Assembly: GCF_006345805.1 (NCBI RefSeq) | Contig: NC_043013.1 | Coordinates: 45,074,001-45,138,000, forward strand | Reading direction: 5' to 3' | Length of the DNA: 64,000 bases | Source: Octopus sinensis | Taxonomy: Eukaryota | Part shown: piece after piece, positions 25,050-39,517 of the stretch | Layout of the letters: each line of letters opens with the position of its first letter | Numbering within the stretch: the first letter of the stretch is position 1 | Made by a program: the position numbers and the translations under genes | The notes under the pieces: model-generated | Databases searched by the model: none | What the model saw: only the letters and a program-made list of their open reading frames with translations | Told to the model about the DNA's origin: nothing

Positions 25050-26160
25050 CAAACCATATATCTCACGTGATTGTTTTTTTTCGACAGTGTTTTATTTTAC
25101 TTTCGATGCAAATTTCCTTCGTTTTATTCGTATCGTTCGCATTATCTTACTTCAGTTTGAAAAAATAATCACATTTCGGATTTCAGTATAATTAATATGT
25201 TAATAAATTGACGGAGACTAGCGTTGGTGTCAATGTAAAGATGGCCGACCGTGAGCGTCGGTTATCTAACGGGGAGGACGAGGTTTTAGATCCCCGCATT
25301 CAGGTGAATATCTCTTTGTATTCTATCACTTTCCGCTTGTGTAAATATTTGCTTTTCAATTCAAGCCTTTCATTACAGCCAATATCCGCAATTACCACGT
25401 ATATCCGTGGCCTTTCTCTCTCTCCCCCAGCGATCGTGTAATCAAACTGCTTGCATGTACTTATAGTAAATACTCAATGTAGGACACTTTCTCTTTGTTG
25501 TAGTCTTCATTAAAACTACTACTACTTCTCGTGTGCATCCTACATGTATTCCTGTGGGTCGAATTTCGTTACTTCTCGTCGATCCGTGCAATATATATCT
25601 AAAGGAATTCTTAAATTCAGTCCCCAAAATACGATCCTTGAAACCCAATCTTGCAGACACCTGCCAAGGTAGTTTTAAGTAATTTTACCCTTTCATGTCA
25701 ACGAATGTCATTCATTCAGAGATCGTTTGGTCTTTTAACAATCGAAACTCTTCCTCTATAATTTATTTTACACACAGCATCGATATTAATTTCTCTGTCA
25801 TTAAACCAAACGGAGCCTGAAGTCGAAAATATTAACCAGTCAATATTTTTAATTAAACTCATTGTTTTGAAGTGCAAACATGCAATTTTAAAGGTCTCTT
25901 AATTAAGGCTTTAGTATAGTATTTTGAGAGAGAAAAAAAAAAGCTGATCGATAATATATCGTATCGAATCGTAACTATCGCTTTGTTTGTTATTGTTGCT
26001 GCTTTCTTCCTCAGAACTCTATTTCTATCTATCATCTGCCGCAAACCTTCTTCTTTCGCCGATGCTGTAGCAGTCACAACATTTACAACAGAATTTAACC
26101 ATTTATGAATGATATATAAATATTGTTAGCTTACATACAACACAACGGATCGTTACCCCC
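25050..26160. promoter_or_regulatory. CpG-retaining promoter/first-exon region of SH3BP5
   Basis: Visibly more CG dinucleotides than the CpG-depleted flanks, repeat-free, and spanning exon 1. Not quantified. Confidence 0.5.
25241..25303 (+). CDS. SH3BP5: SH3 domain-binding protein 5 homologue (SH3BP5/parcas family), coding exon 1
   Basis: ATG at 25241 in good context (AAGATGG). Encodes MADRERRLSNGEDEVLDPRIQ; the DPRIQ motif marks the start of the SH3BP5 coiled-coil domain. Ends at donor CAG|GTGAAT, phase 0, 63 nt. Confidence 0.88.
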
Positions 26161-28405
26161 TTTTTTTTTTTCTTTCTTCACCTTAGAATCCCAAGTTCTG
26201 AAATAATTATTCCATCATGTTATCCCTCTGCTTGCTTAATTATTTATCTATCTATTTATCTATTTTTGTTTATTTCTTTCATTGGTTCCAATCAAAATCC
26301 CTTGAATTCCTTCCTATTATAAAAAAAAAAAATCCTTCTGGGTTCTGTTTCCGAACTGAATCGAATTTTACCTTTTTTTTTATTACTTTTAAATCTCTCC
26401 AGCTATGATTATAAGAACACTGTTTGCTGTGAAATATAAAATTATTTGTAACCAACGCAACACAAAGCCACCTATTTGAGAAAGGGGGCAGACAAATTAA
26501 ATCAACCCTTAGATATTACTGGTACCCTAGTACTCATTCATGTTGACCCCCTTAGTGAAAAGATCACTACTTTCAATTATTGCTCAAAGACGATTATTAT
26601 TGTTGTTTGTTTCTTCGTATTAAATACACAACAGTTTTGAAATATTTCAACACCAGTGAAATGACGATCTATTAAAAAGACTAACGAATGTTTACATATA
26701 ACATCGCTTACCTGCCAGAATTGATGTGATAACTCAAATCATTTAAAAGTAAAATTCTTCTGTAAACAATCCATTGTAGTACACTGCTAATTTATTTAAA
26801 GTATATACTGTAAATAATCTACGGTAAAAATTTACCTAATCTACCATTTACACCAGAGTTTACAGATTTTGATGTAAGCGACATTTGCCTCAAAACCATA
26901 TATTTCCATTTTTAAATCTCTCCAGCTATGATCATAAGAACACTGTTTGCTGTAAAATATAATATAAAATTATTTGTAACCAACGCAACACAAAGCCACC
27001 TATTTGAGAAAGGGGGCAGACGATTAAATCAACCCTTAGATATTACTGGTACCCTAGTACTCATTCATGTTGACCCCCTAGTGTTTAAAGATCACTGTGA
27101 TTCCTCAGTGAAATTTGAACTCTGAATGTAAAGGGACGTAACTAATTTACCACTTGCTATCTCGTCCGGCGCTCTACTGCTTCTGCTAATGTTTTAACAT
27201 TTCTTAGAGTCTGCTCAGAATGTTTGAATAGTTGATAATTTCGATATAACAGTTGCATCATTGTTGCCAAAAGATGTTAACCTTTTAGGTATTTTAGTGT
27301 TTAACAGAATGCAAATAATAATTTGCATTCACAAATTAGAATGTTAGTTGCAGAGATGAGACTCCAAGAAGGTTTAAGGGATTAGCGATGTATGACACAG
27401 AGCGTGACTTTGACAAGAAATTTGGTGAAATTCTTATATTTCGAACGTTGTCTTATATTGTTAGGCAAAGGTTAAGGAAGTGTACCGAATTATTAGTCTG
27501 TTGCTGTTTAGCCCCAGGTCACTCTGGGGAGATTTATGATCAAAGTTAATTCTGCCTCCCCTCCCCATCTTTTTTGTCAAACGTACTGTATAGCTATCTA
27601 TCCAATGTGTCCTGTCTTAAAAAAACGATAGGATGTGATAATAGATTTTATTGCTGTATTTAGCAGGTCGAACGACTCGACTCCTACTGTTTTCTAATGG
27701 AAACATAGGTTCTGAGGTTTAAACTTGCTGCATAACTAACTAAATAATCATGGGTTTGAACCTGGCATTGTGCATTTTGCCTGGTTGACGACAAGAGATC
27801 ACTATTCCTTCACAATTTCCTGCAGTTTTGCTTCAGTACAAAATAATACAGTCCATCTTATACATAATATCATTGGAAGGTGGATGGATGTAACAAATGT
27901 ATACATTTCCCTTTTTTTTTTTACTCCCTAATATGTCTAAGTCATTACAAATAAAGTTCATTACTTTTACATTAGAAGCAAATTCTCCACTCTGCTTTTT
28001 CGATTTCGTTTCTTCATCTTAATTTATTTTTATTTTTTCATTCTTGAGTTCCATGAGTTTAATTATTCTGCCAAGTAAATGTCTGATCTTTTGTCACATA
28101 AAGTATTCTGAGGACAGAGGGGAAGTTGTAGGGGTAATAGATGCATTTGTATAGTTTTTTTTTTTTCAGTCTTTGGTTCCAATTTAAATATTAACTTTAA
28201 AAAATATTTACAGTAATATTATGATAAACTCTTAAATATAATCACAAGGACAATATCAGCAATAGTAATAAACTTCAAAATGTGCTTATAATATTTGCTT
28301 ATAGTTGGGTGGGGTTGTGGTAAGCAGTCACCCACATCAAACTAATGCCTGAAACTAAATTATTTTGGTCTGATATGTGTATGTACATGATAAATAGTAG
28401 GGATA

Positions 28406-28645
28406 TTTTGAAAGGCGGCGAGCTGGCAGAAACGTTAGCACGCTGGGCGAAATGTGTAGCCGTATTTCGTCTGCCGTTACGTTCTGGGTTCAAATTCCGC
28501 CAAGGTCGACTTTGCCTTTCATCCTTTCGGGGTCGATAAATTAAGTACCAATTAAGCACTGGGGTCGATGTAATCGACTTAATACCTATGTCTGTCCTTG
28601 TTTGTCCCCTCTGTGTTTAGCCCCTTGTGGGTAGTAAAGAAATAT
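28406..28645 (+). mobile_element. tRNA-derived SINE family M (Meta-domain-like GTCGACTTTGCCTTTCATCC)
   Basis: AAGGCGGCGAGCTGGCAG head; 16-bp TSD ATAAATAGTAGGGATA. Older copies at ~29200-29420, 33270-33460, 44245-44450, 58530-58860, 59090-59340. Confidence 0.85.
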
Positions 28646-31256
28646 ATAAATAGTAGGGATAGAACTGAAATAGGTTGGGGTTGAAAACATTTGTGAAAAA
28701 AAAGGTGATAGCTAAAAAGGTTTAAGTAGCATTGATGTAGGAGATAGGATGGCTTATAATCTCTTATAAACTTCATAGTTCAAGTGTAAAATATTTATAT
28801 ACCATTTAAAATCCTCTGTCTAATGTGTATAAGACAACAGGCAAAACCTGTTTCCTTTTCAAATTTGACAAATGGACTAGCTTGTTATTCATAGACTTAT
28901 TACTGTGTAAAGGCTCAGTTTACCTTGGAAGTATTGGGATGTTTGATTATGCAGAAAGAAAGTTTAGTCAGCTCGGTCTATTTCTAGAACAGTATGAAGG
29001 CTATTCTATTAGTACTAAAGTAAATATTGGAATTACATGTTGAAAAAGTGTATTTTTCCCAAGTTTATGTCCACTTTGTATCTTCTAAACTTCCTCAACT
29101 ACTACTACTACTCATATAAACAACCTCTCTGTCCTTACTGCAACATGTATCACCACCTTTGAACAAACCCACAAATACATCACTGTTATAGCACCAACTT
29201 AAGGCGGTGAGATGGCTGAATTGTTAGCATGCTGGACAAAATGCTTAGCAGTATTTCATCTGTCTTTACATTTTGAGTTCAAATTCTACCAAGGTCAACT
29301 TTACCTTTCATCCTTACATTGGTTATAAAATAAGTATCAGTTGTGCACTGGGATCGATGGAATCAGCTTTCCTCTTTCCTGAAATTGCTGGCCTTGTGTC
29401 AAAATTTGAAACCACTGTAACCCCAACTTGAGAATATTACCGGTGGCACGTAAAAAGCACCATCCGACCGTGGCTGTTTGCCAGCCCCATCTGGCACCCA
29501 CTACACTCACAGAGTGGTTGGCATTAGGAAGGGCATCCTCATAATGTAAGACACATACAAAAGCAGTACCAGCAGCAGTATCAAGTCTTATTAACTTCAA
29601 ACATTGTACTAATTTGTGCTGCAGAGGAACAACAACCATTGTGCTCTGGTTGAGTCTTTTTTGCCAACCTCTGCTATAGCCATTACCAGAATGTATAGGC
29701 AGGCCTAATGTGCTAGAAATAGCCAATATCCCTCATATCACATCTATTATCTTATGAAAGGAAAAGACATTAGATAATGCAGACCTATATAGATATCTCT
29801 AAAAAGGATTTGGATGGTTATGATTGGATTAATCTTCATCATGTATGTGTTAGGTCAGAGCTGACTGACCTATATAAGCCAATTGAAGGAACTTTTGTAT
29901 GGTTGTTAATCTTTCTAGAAATAGTAGTCAAATCTTCCTCAAATGATCTCTGCCATTTTAGATAAAGAAAAGACATTGGATAATTTCTACATACCTCTAA
30001 AAGTATGGTATGTTCGTGACTGGAATTTCTTTGGTCATAGTGCAACTAGATCAGAACTCACCTGGGGGTTATACAAAAACAGGCAGGCATACAGAAATCA
30101 GAAAGAGAGTGCAACATGACCACACTGTTACACTACACTGTATATGATTAACCACTGCATGTTAGAACATGTAGTGTGGCCCTCAGGTAGATGTAGATAT
30201 TAAGTGCAGAGCTATGGATCACAGTTGTTCTGCTGACTGTACAGTCATGCTATAAGTTGGCTCAATCAGGGCTGACTTGGAGTTACATAAACCATCATCT
30301 ATTCTTTTGATATTGATGTCACTGGTATCTTTATTGTTGTTGTCTGAACTAAGACTGACACATCTACCCTCAGTAGTAGGAAAAAGAAAAAACATGAAAT
30401 ACCACTGAGGTTGTGAATCAAGGGTATGGGTAGAATGGTGAGAGAAGTAATAAGTAAATCAGCTGTGAAAGTTAATTTAGTATGATTAATAAGGCTATAT
30501 AAGAAATCAACGTCGAGAAATCAGCAATTCTATAGGGAGTAGTTGACAGAAATATTGAGAGCATTAAGTGATATTGGTCATTTGCTATATTAATTGCTAA
30601 TAGTTACTTAGTAATCAGGTAATGGAAGAAAGTAGTATTATTGTTGTTGACTGGTACAGCTGTGTCATTGGAAGCTGCTACAAATGCAAAGAAAATCCAC
30701 TGAAGAACAGTGACCTTACAACTAATAGGTTTTGACCTTACAACTAGTAGGTTTTGAATTTTACCGAGGGAGTTTTAGCAAAGTTAGTATAAGTTTAGCT
30801 TTGGTAAGATGCAGTATGGGGTTTGTATCAAGGTGCAAAACCACTGTTACCATGTTTCAAGTGAAACAGCTTCAAAAAATCTTAGTTAAGAACCAACCAT
30901 TCTATTTTGCATTTTAAAAATTTTAGTGAGGACTTTTGACAAGTTCTGCACTGTAGTCTTTTGGTCACTAAGAAAGCACAGTTTAGATGAATGGTTTCAA
31001 CATTTTCAAACCATGTACAACAGTGCTGTTAGTAAGCTTAGATTTGTTGGTGAATTAGCTGAGAGTTTAGTATACACATCATTGATGTTCTCCAGGACTC
31101 TATTTTCAATTAATTTGTATTTGTTATAATTCAAGTGTTCAAAATCTTTACACCTTTTTGAGCAGCTTTTATATGTGGATAAGCTAATTTCCCTATTAGA
31201 ATTTTCTATTAAAGAATTGTTAAAAAACAAGATGTTCCAAATCTGGAAACATCATC

Positions 31257-31621
31257 TCTATATATATATAAACGGCAAAATGTCTGTGTGTGTGTCCTTT
31301 ATACAAATCCACAATTTTTCAGTTAGAGGGCTCGCACTTTCTATGGTCATTCAAAACCGTCCAAGGGTGGTTGTGCACATCTTTACATTTCCCCAGTCGC
31401 CCCGCAAAGCTATTAAAAAATCAATAGAAGTAACTTTTTTGTGAATTTTCTACCCAAAACCCAATCAAAATGCCTGAAACTTGATACGCCAATTGAATGC
31501 CAGCTAGCTGTATGTGATTGGTCAGAGATTTGGACAGTGCTCGCGTGTATGTGCACACACATGCAGCTGTATATGCATGCACTAGCACTATGACCCGGCA
31601 ACGCCGGGTCATAGTGCTTGT
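31257..31621 (+). mobile_element. Helentron-like element, family B copy 1
   Basis: TCTATATATATAAA start; long terminal hairpin AGCACTATGACCCGGC-AAC-GCCGGGTCATAGTGCT. Inverted copy at 39518-39881. Confidence 0.7.
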
Positions 31622-32751
31622 CTGTAGTTAAAAGACTCAAAGATCAACAGACTAAAGTGTTGGTTGCAACAGATAGTCAAAGATCTCTGTATGATTTAAG
31701 AACTGAGCTTGCTTGAGGTCTAGGAAGAATGTAAGAAGGAATCTCTTAATGTGTGTCCAATGCAAACAATATGTGCAAAAAGGTGCTGTAGGATATCTGA
31801 TGGATTGATAGAGGACCGGGATTTTAGCTGTGATAGATGAACAGAAGTAGTAAGCAGTAGAGGCATCCATAAAATGAGGTTCATGAACAACTTCAATTGC
31901 TCAAACCCTTCCGTTACCAACCCGGCTGAAACCGGCTCTGGCTCTGAGTACAAATGTCTTGTTTTCATAAGTTCTGAATTAAAATCTTCCACCAAACCTT
32001 AGTCACAATTTATGTTCCTAACACCAGCTGAATGATAACTAAGTTATTTTACTAAATTCTTTGTTATATTTAAAGTAATTCATAGAAACACAGGGCATCT
32101 CAAAATAAATGCGGTAGCGAAAGGGTTAAATCTAGTTGAAAGATTCAGTTATTAATGCTAGATGTGGTTATAACAGTACCAAAGTTGCCAGAATAAAGAA
32201 GAAATGGAAGAAGTCCAGAAGTGCTTATTCTTGGCAACAAAGAGTTTTTCTTTTCATAGCAAAGGCAGACTGTGTGAAGTATGGATGAAATATACGGTGC
32301 TGCAGACTAGTGAGTTATGGAAATTGAATGTATAAAATGTATGGAAGCTGGAAAGAAATGAAATGAGCATGATCAGTTGTATGTGTAAGGTTAATTAAAT
32401 GCAAGACTGCAGAGGAGATAGCTGCATCATTTGTATGAAGATGTGATTCAAATGGACAAGTTGAATGCTGGATCTGTCTGACCAATGTGAGCAAAAAAAA
32501 AAAAAGCAACTTTTGATGCCAACCTGCCTATGACTGTCCTTGGTTCTGTGATAGAAAATTGTTTCCAAGTAATCCAAATTAAAACCTTCTATCAGTCTTT
32601 GATATTAATCTATGTACTATACACAAGGCTAAATAATGGTTATTTTACTAAATTCTTCATTATTTTCAAAACTAATTGAAACAAAAGCAGCGTACTTCAA
32701 AAGAAATTTGGTAATAAAAGGGTTAAAATATTGTGGCAAATTATGATGCTG

Positions 32752-33048
32752 TACTCTTTTACTTGTTTCAGTCATGTGACTGTGGCCATGCTGTAACACA
32801 CCAGCATCAGTTGTCAAGCGATGTTGGAGGGACAAACACAGACACACAAACATATACACACACATACATATATTTATATATATATACATATATACGATGG
32901 GCTTCTTTCAGTTTCCCTCTACCAAATCCACTCACAAGGCTTTGGTCGGCCCGAGGCTGTAGTAGAAGACACTTGCCCAAAGTGCCACACAGTGGGACTG
33001 AACCTGGGACCATGTGGTTGGTAAGCAAGCTACTTACCACACAGCCAC
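32752..33048 (-). mobile_element. SINE family C (internal deletion in 3' half)
   Basis: Tail joined directly to ACACCAGCATC segment. Confidence 0.8.
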
Positions 33049-35533
33049 TCAGACTCCACTGTACTGCTATCTTCTTAGGGATTCCCTAAAATAGATTAGG
33101 ATAACTTAGTGTGGTTAGTGATTTGAATTGTTTTGGATTTAGTTAATGGAATGAAAAGTGTTTAGCGAGTGTCTATGTGATGGTGCATTGGGCGGTTGGG
33201 TGTCATAATGTTTCCAATTTCAAAAGCATAGGGGCTGTTGTAGTACTATAATAATAATAATCCTTTCTACTAAAGGTACAAAGCTTTAAATTTTGAGGGA
33301 GAGGGGCTCGTTGATTACATTGATCCTAGTGTGTTACTGGTACTTATTTCATTGACCCCCGAAAGGAGGAAAGGCAAAGTTGACCTTGGCAGAATTTGAA
33401 TTCAGAACGTAAGGACGGGCGAAATACTGTCATGTTAATGATTCTGCCAGCTTGCATCTTTAATAATAATAATAATGATAATATTAATAATAATAATAAT
33501 CAGCAAAAGGGACTGATTGCTACTTAACTCAGATACCAGGAAACCCCAAAAGGGCAGAAATTCAAAAGATAGTGCTCATGGGAACTGCTCATATCCTACG
33601 CAAAATACTTTCTATGTAATCTCAAGTTTTAAAACAAACATAATTTTTGTATTGTTTTTTAGACATTCACTAGTACAACACTAAGTACAAAACCAAATAT
33701 ATGGCACCCTAGGTATAACACCAACATGAACTTCCAACTTGTTGTCTCTTGAGGTCTCTGGGTGAGACTTGGAGCTAACTTGTACAAATGTAAAGCAAAA
33801 GTCAAACAGAATAATAATAATAATAATAATAATAAATAATAGTAAAAGGGCACAGTTTAATAGTAGCCGTATGTTTGTTGGAAAATGTTGGTAATCTTTT
33901 TATCATGAAGGGAAACAATTTTTTGATGCAATCTCGGTATGAGCAGTTTTGATTGAGAGACACAATTCCGTGATCATATATTATTTGGAAACACAAGTCA
34001 CTGAAGTTAATTACTTGGAAACACAAGTCACTGAAGTTAATTACTCAGAGACCCCAATCTGCTTGAAAAACAGTAAAAGTTAGTGTTAGGATATTTAATG
34101 TAGTGAATATGAAAGGACTACTTTAATAGATGAGAAATACTTCTGTGGTGAAGAAAAGACAAATAGCTCAATAATTAATAGTGTTTTATCCTCTCTGCAA
34201 GTATGGGAGACAACTCTAGACATGTTTAGATATTATTTGACCACTTCAGCAAGCTTTCCAAAGTAGCAATGAGTTAGTCAATTGGTTATGTGTTTGTCAA
34301 TTCCAGACCAATTAGCCATGCCAGTAAATGTCTTTGTATCATCTAACAACCCCTAAATAACTTCTAAAATCTTTCATTGCTTTCACAACTCGGTGTTATC
34401 AAGTGTAAGCTTACTTTTTGTGCAACATCTTAAAAGTTCTTGACCCTCCACATTTTAATCCTTTGCAGAAAATATTCTTTTTTTTATTCCCGCTTCACTC
34501 TCCATTTGTTGGTCTTTTTTATTCCAGCTTCATTCTTCACACAAACACTCACTAAATATCCTGTTAGATTCTCTTTCTCTAAGTCATTCTCTCCACTTAC
34601 TTAGAGTCTCAACAACTAAACCTCACCAAAGTCATAGAGCTTGGTAGTATTCCAACCATTAATATAAAACAGATGACATTTCTTTTCACTTAATTCTCCA
34701 AACTTCTTTTTTATTGCACTACTTAACCTCAAGCATAAAGACCTATTTTAAAAGAAGTAACAATTTTAACCTCATCATCATCATCATCATCATCGTTTAA
34801 TGTCAGTTTTCCATGCTATCATGGGTTGGATGGTTCAACTGGGGTCTGGGAAGCCAGAAGGCTGTGCCAGGCCCAGTCTGATCTGGCAGTGTTTCTACAG
34901 TTGGATGCCCTTCCCAACGCCAACCACTCTGTGAGTGTAGTGGGTGCTCTTTACGTGCCACCTGCAAAGGTGCCAGGCGAGGCTGGCAAACGGCCACGAT
35001 CGGATGGTGCTTTTTACATGCCACCGGCACGGAGGCCAGTCGGGGCGGCGCTGGCAACGGCCACGTTCGGATGGTTTTCTTACGTGCCACCAGCACTGGT
35101 ATCACAGCTACATTTTCCATTGATGTTGATCAATTAAAAAAAAAAAACACACTGACTAAAATAGTAATTTGCAGTTGGTGTCTATAAGATCACTAGTCTT
35201 TTCAATTTCAGCCAGCCCATCTTTTTTAAATTAATTGTGTAATGTTATGAAAAAAATAGTAAAGTAAGATAATTTTAATGAAGCATTAATTTTTATGAAA
35301 TATATATGGAAATTCCTTTCTCACATAATTCTGTCGTTATTTAAAATGTACTGAAAGATATAGAAATATGCATCACCTTTAAGTCTACTTTCTTTTCACC
35401 TTGTTATTATCTTCAAATGATTATTATGCTCAAAGTATGCATAGATTGTTTATCAGTTTGTTGTTTTGTAATTTCAATATGGCACACATTTGTAACAAAC
35501 TGTATTTTCTTTCTTTTTTTTTTTTTTTCCTAG

Positions 35534-35596
35534 ATTGAACTTGAGCAACTAAACAAAGCCTCTGAAGAAATAAACACCTTGGAACTTGAATTAGAC
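35534..35596 (+). CDS. SH3BP5: SH3BP5 homologue, coding exon 2
   Basis: Long polypyrimidine tract and TAG acceptor. Encodes IELEQLNKASEEINTLELELD (cf. ELEKLN...IN..E.EL of SH3BP5). Donor GAC|GTAAAA, phase 0/0, 63 nt. Confidence 0.9.
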
Positions 35597-36475
35597 GTAA
35601 AAATCATTTAAAATTATTCTTTCTCATGCGTATTAATTGTATTGTTACATTTGCACAGTATTTAGTTTGCTTAGATATACTCTTGAAAAAAATGAAGCAA
35701 AATCTTTTTTATCTCTTTGTTTTATCTCACAACACCTTAGTATAATTGTTTAAGTGTCTCACCAAATCAGTGTACTACGCCATGGTCTAGCTTTTGACAA
35801 CTTCTCCCTCTCTCTCTCTCTTTCTTCTTTCAATATACCAGTAGTACTTATTTTATTGATTTTAATGGGATGCAAATCACCTTTAGCAAAATTGAAACAC
35901 GGAAGTTTAAGCTATTAAACTGCTTATTAATTACACATCCCAATCTGAATACACAGCTGGCCTGTAAATTCATAAGTTGAATATGAATAGTCATCATCGT
36001 TTAACGTTCGTTTTCCATGCTAGCATGGGTTGGACGATTTGACTGAGGTCTGGCGAACCAGATGGCTGCACCAGACACCACTCTGATCTGGCAGTTTCTA
36101 TAGCTGGATGCCCTTCATAACACCAACCACTCCGAGAGTGTAGCGGGTGCTTTTACGTGCCACCGGCATGAGGGCCAGTCAGGCGGTACTGGCAACGGCC
36201 ACACTCAGATAGTGCTTTTTATGTGCCACCTGCAGAGGAGCCAGTCCAGCAGCACTGGCAACAACCTCGCTCGAATCTTTTGTTCACGTGCCACCAGCAC
36301 AAGTGCCAGTAAGGCGATGCAGGTAACGGTCATGCTCGAATGGTGCTTTTTACGTGCCATCGGCACGGAGGCCAGATTGTTGCTCTGGCAATGATCTTGC
36401 TCGTATGGTACTCTTAGCACTCCACTTGCATGGATGCCAGTCATTGAATTTGTTTTCGGTTTCAATTGCCACAAG

Positions 36476-36526
<51 letters not shown>

Positions 36527-36565
36527 TATATATATACACATATATACTCACACACACAAACACAT

Positions 36566-36950
36566 GTGGAGGCGCAATGGCCCAGTGGTTAGGGCAGCGG
36601 ATTCGCGGTCGTAGGATCGCGGTTTCGATTCCCAGACCAGGCGTTGTGAGTGTTTATTGAGCGAAAACACCTAAAAGCTCCACGAGGCTCCGGCAGGGAT
36701 GGTGGTGATCCCTGCCGTACTCTTTCACCACAACTTTCTCTCACTCTTACTTCCTGTTTCTGTTGTACCTGTATTTCAAAGGGCCGGCCATGTCACTCTC
36801 TGTGTCACGCTGAATATCCCCGAGAACTACGTTAAGGGTACACGTGTCTGTGGAGTGCTCAGCCACTTACACGTTAATTTCACGAGCAGGCTGTTCCGTT
36901 GATCGGATCAACCGGAACCCTCGTCGTCGTAACCGACGGAGTGCTTCCTC
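36566..36950 (+). mobile_element. tRNA-derived SINE family N, copy 2
   Basis: Matches 18091-18474; CACAAACACAT duplication on both sides. Confidence 0.85.
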
Positions 36951-37442
36951 CTGACACAAACACATATATATGCACGTGTATATATATATGAATAGTATTG
37001 GATAATATTATTATTTACTCATTTCTCTGAGTTATTCTAAGGATTGGGGTTTGGAACCTGATAATAGGTTTCTCATTGAGTGAAGATAAGGCTACTCTGT
37101 TAGTGATTCTGTTTGCTACTTTCTTGATGTTTGGTTTAAGGTATCATATTGGCAGTGTTGTTAGTTGTTAAAGCATTTTTTTCAACACTGTGCTCTAAGT
37201 TCAAATCCCATTGAAGCCAATTTTGATTTTCATCCTGTACCTATTCAGGAGGTTGAATAGGTGGCCCTGCTAGGGTATCAAATAAAATGCTGTGCAGGCT
37301 TGGAGAGGGGAGTAGGTGGCTCTGCTAGGGCATCAAATAAAATGATGTGTGGGCTTGGAGAAGGGAGTTTTGCATGCTTAGGTAACTACTTTCATTAAAA
37401 AAACTTGTGCATGGTCATCTTTGAATGACAGAGGCTCTAGAA

Positions 37443-37673
37443 GGCGGCGAGCTGGCAGAAATGTAAGCATGCCGGGTGAAATGCGTAGCCGTATTTCGTC
37501 TGCTGTTACGTTCTGAGTTCAAATTCCACCAAGGTCTACTTTGCCTTTCATCCTTTCGGGGTCGATTAAATAAGTACCAGTTATGCACTGGGGTCGATAT
37601 AATCGATTTAATCCGTTTGTCTGTCCATGTTTGTCCCCTCTGTATGTAGCCCCTTGTGGGTAGTAAAGAAATA
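37443..37673 (+). mobile_element. SINE family M
   Basis: 16-bp TSD GACAGAGGCTCTAGAA (37427-37442 / 37674-37689). Confidence 0.85.
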
Positions 37674-38714
37674 GACAGAGGCTCTAGAAAAGCATATGCT
37701 CGGTTTGGACAGAAGTTTGCAACTTCTGTGGTGCCGTGTAAAAAGCAACTGTGCTGGTGCAGCATAAAAGCACCCATTTCACTCTGTAAAATGATTGTTA
37801 TTAGCAAGGGCCTCCAGCTGTAGTATCCATGCCAAAACAGACATGGAGCACAGGCAGCCCTTCAGCTTACCAGCTCCTGTGAAACCATCCACCCCATGCT
37901 AGCATGGAAGGTGGATGTTAAATACGGATAATGATGATTGTATGATAACTTTTACATTTCCCAAATTATACGCATGTGTGTAGTTATTTTTTTATTTGCT
38001 TCAGTTTTGCAAGATTCTTTGTGTGAAATCATGTGTTGAAACAATGGCAGTATCTCAGGCAGACTATTTTGCCAATAAAGAAAACCTGCTTCAGTACTAT
38101 GTCACTTCTTTTTATTGTTATTAGTCAACACATTAGCTTATTGAACAATCAGCCTATTGATTACTTGGCTAATCATTTTATTGATTAATCTATCAGTTAG
38201 TTTGTCAGCATCCTTTTGTCATCATTTACATCCTCATCAATGATGTGACTTTGATGCCTCATGACAAAGCAAAAAAGAAGTGAAATAGAACCAGTGCATG
38301 TGTTTTTATTGACAAAATGACCTTCTTGAGATACAATAACACAATTGCACACATAAGTCTGGTGTATGTGATATTGGAACCATCTGAATCATACTGAAAG
38401 TTACAGAATAATAGAATTTTTTTCTTTCTTTTCTCAATATTTAAAGCTGTACAAATAATAATATTTGTATTCTTTCCTAAACATTTTTCAATAACATATT
38501 TTGATAAAATTTTGTAATTACCATTTATCATAAATTTTTTTTTTTCATTTTGGCATGTGAGAGCACCTCCAGGAAACTTTTTTTCCTGTTGCTTTAGTTC
38601 TGTGGTTTCTCATCTATAAAACCTTGTGAAAAGTGGCTGTGTGTGGTGTGTGCTTGATGGCAATTAGAGTGGACCCCATTAAATGTACAGAATGCTGTAG
38701 GTGGGTTCTGCTAG

Positions 38715-39040
38715 AAAGACTCTTATTACCTTCAATAACAAACTTTATTGTAGAGCATTTAATAATGATTTCAATATAACAATGGGCTCTTCAGATTCTA
38801 CTCAAGTCATGGACATTGTTGGGTTTTACCTCCTCCAGCAACTTTGCACGTACTTTCCTGCAATCCATGGTGGACTGTAACATGACGATGCTCTCCTACT
38901 TGCTACTGATCTCTCTAAACCAGTTCTTGAGAAAAACCAGAAAAGCCCTGTACAAGTTATTTGCCAATTTTAGCCTAACTATTGCATTTGAAAATATCAA
39001 TGAAATAGTCAGTTTTTTTGACACAACCTTAGATTGTGTG
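38715..39040 (+). mobile_element. Penelope-like reverse transcriptase remnant
   Basis: ITMGSSDSTQVMDIVGFYLL...GGL*HDDAL...RKALYKLFANFSLTI...VSFFDTTLD resembles the PLE RT motifs TMGSYDGAEVCELVG...GLYRDD...VNFLDVTL. Confidence 0.7.
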
Positions 39041-39517
39041 GGATGAGATAGTTGGGTTGTGTTCTAAAGATGGATGAAAATGATGAGTGATGGAAATGAG
39101 TACAGATGGAAGTAAGGGAAAAGGAAGAATGAGAAAAGTATGGTTAAAAGTGTTGGAGGTGGAATTGAAGGGAAGGAAATGGGTGAGGTGGTTGTAGAGC
39201 AGTGTTAAGTCCACATGGGCCTTTGGGGTCCATAAAAGATTTTGTTGTTAAAATTCATATGCCATAAAATGATTATACTTCTATTATACACAAAGTATTT
39301 CAACAATTTTTTTTTTATACAGTTCCTAATAATATTCAATCCTAAAAATGTAATGGGATTTTTTAAAGCATTGAATGGGTATAGGAGTTCAGTTGGGTAA
39401 ATAGGAATCAAAGGATCCATAGGCAAAAAAATGGCAGAGAATCAATGCTGTAGAGGATAGGGTAAAATGTAGAAGACTGTTGTGACACCCGCAAGGCTAA
39501 CTTCTACTTTAACAAGG

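Noticed and set aside
25208-25441. 77-aa ORF as a complete gene
   Set aside because: It starts at TTG and reads through the exon 1 donor into intron; only 25241-25303 matches SH3BP5.
30400-32000. CR1/L2-like LINE remnant on the minus strand
   Set aside because: Only faint motif resemblance with many stops; not supportable without a profile search.
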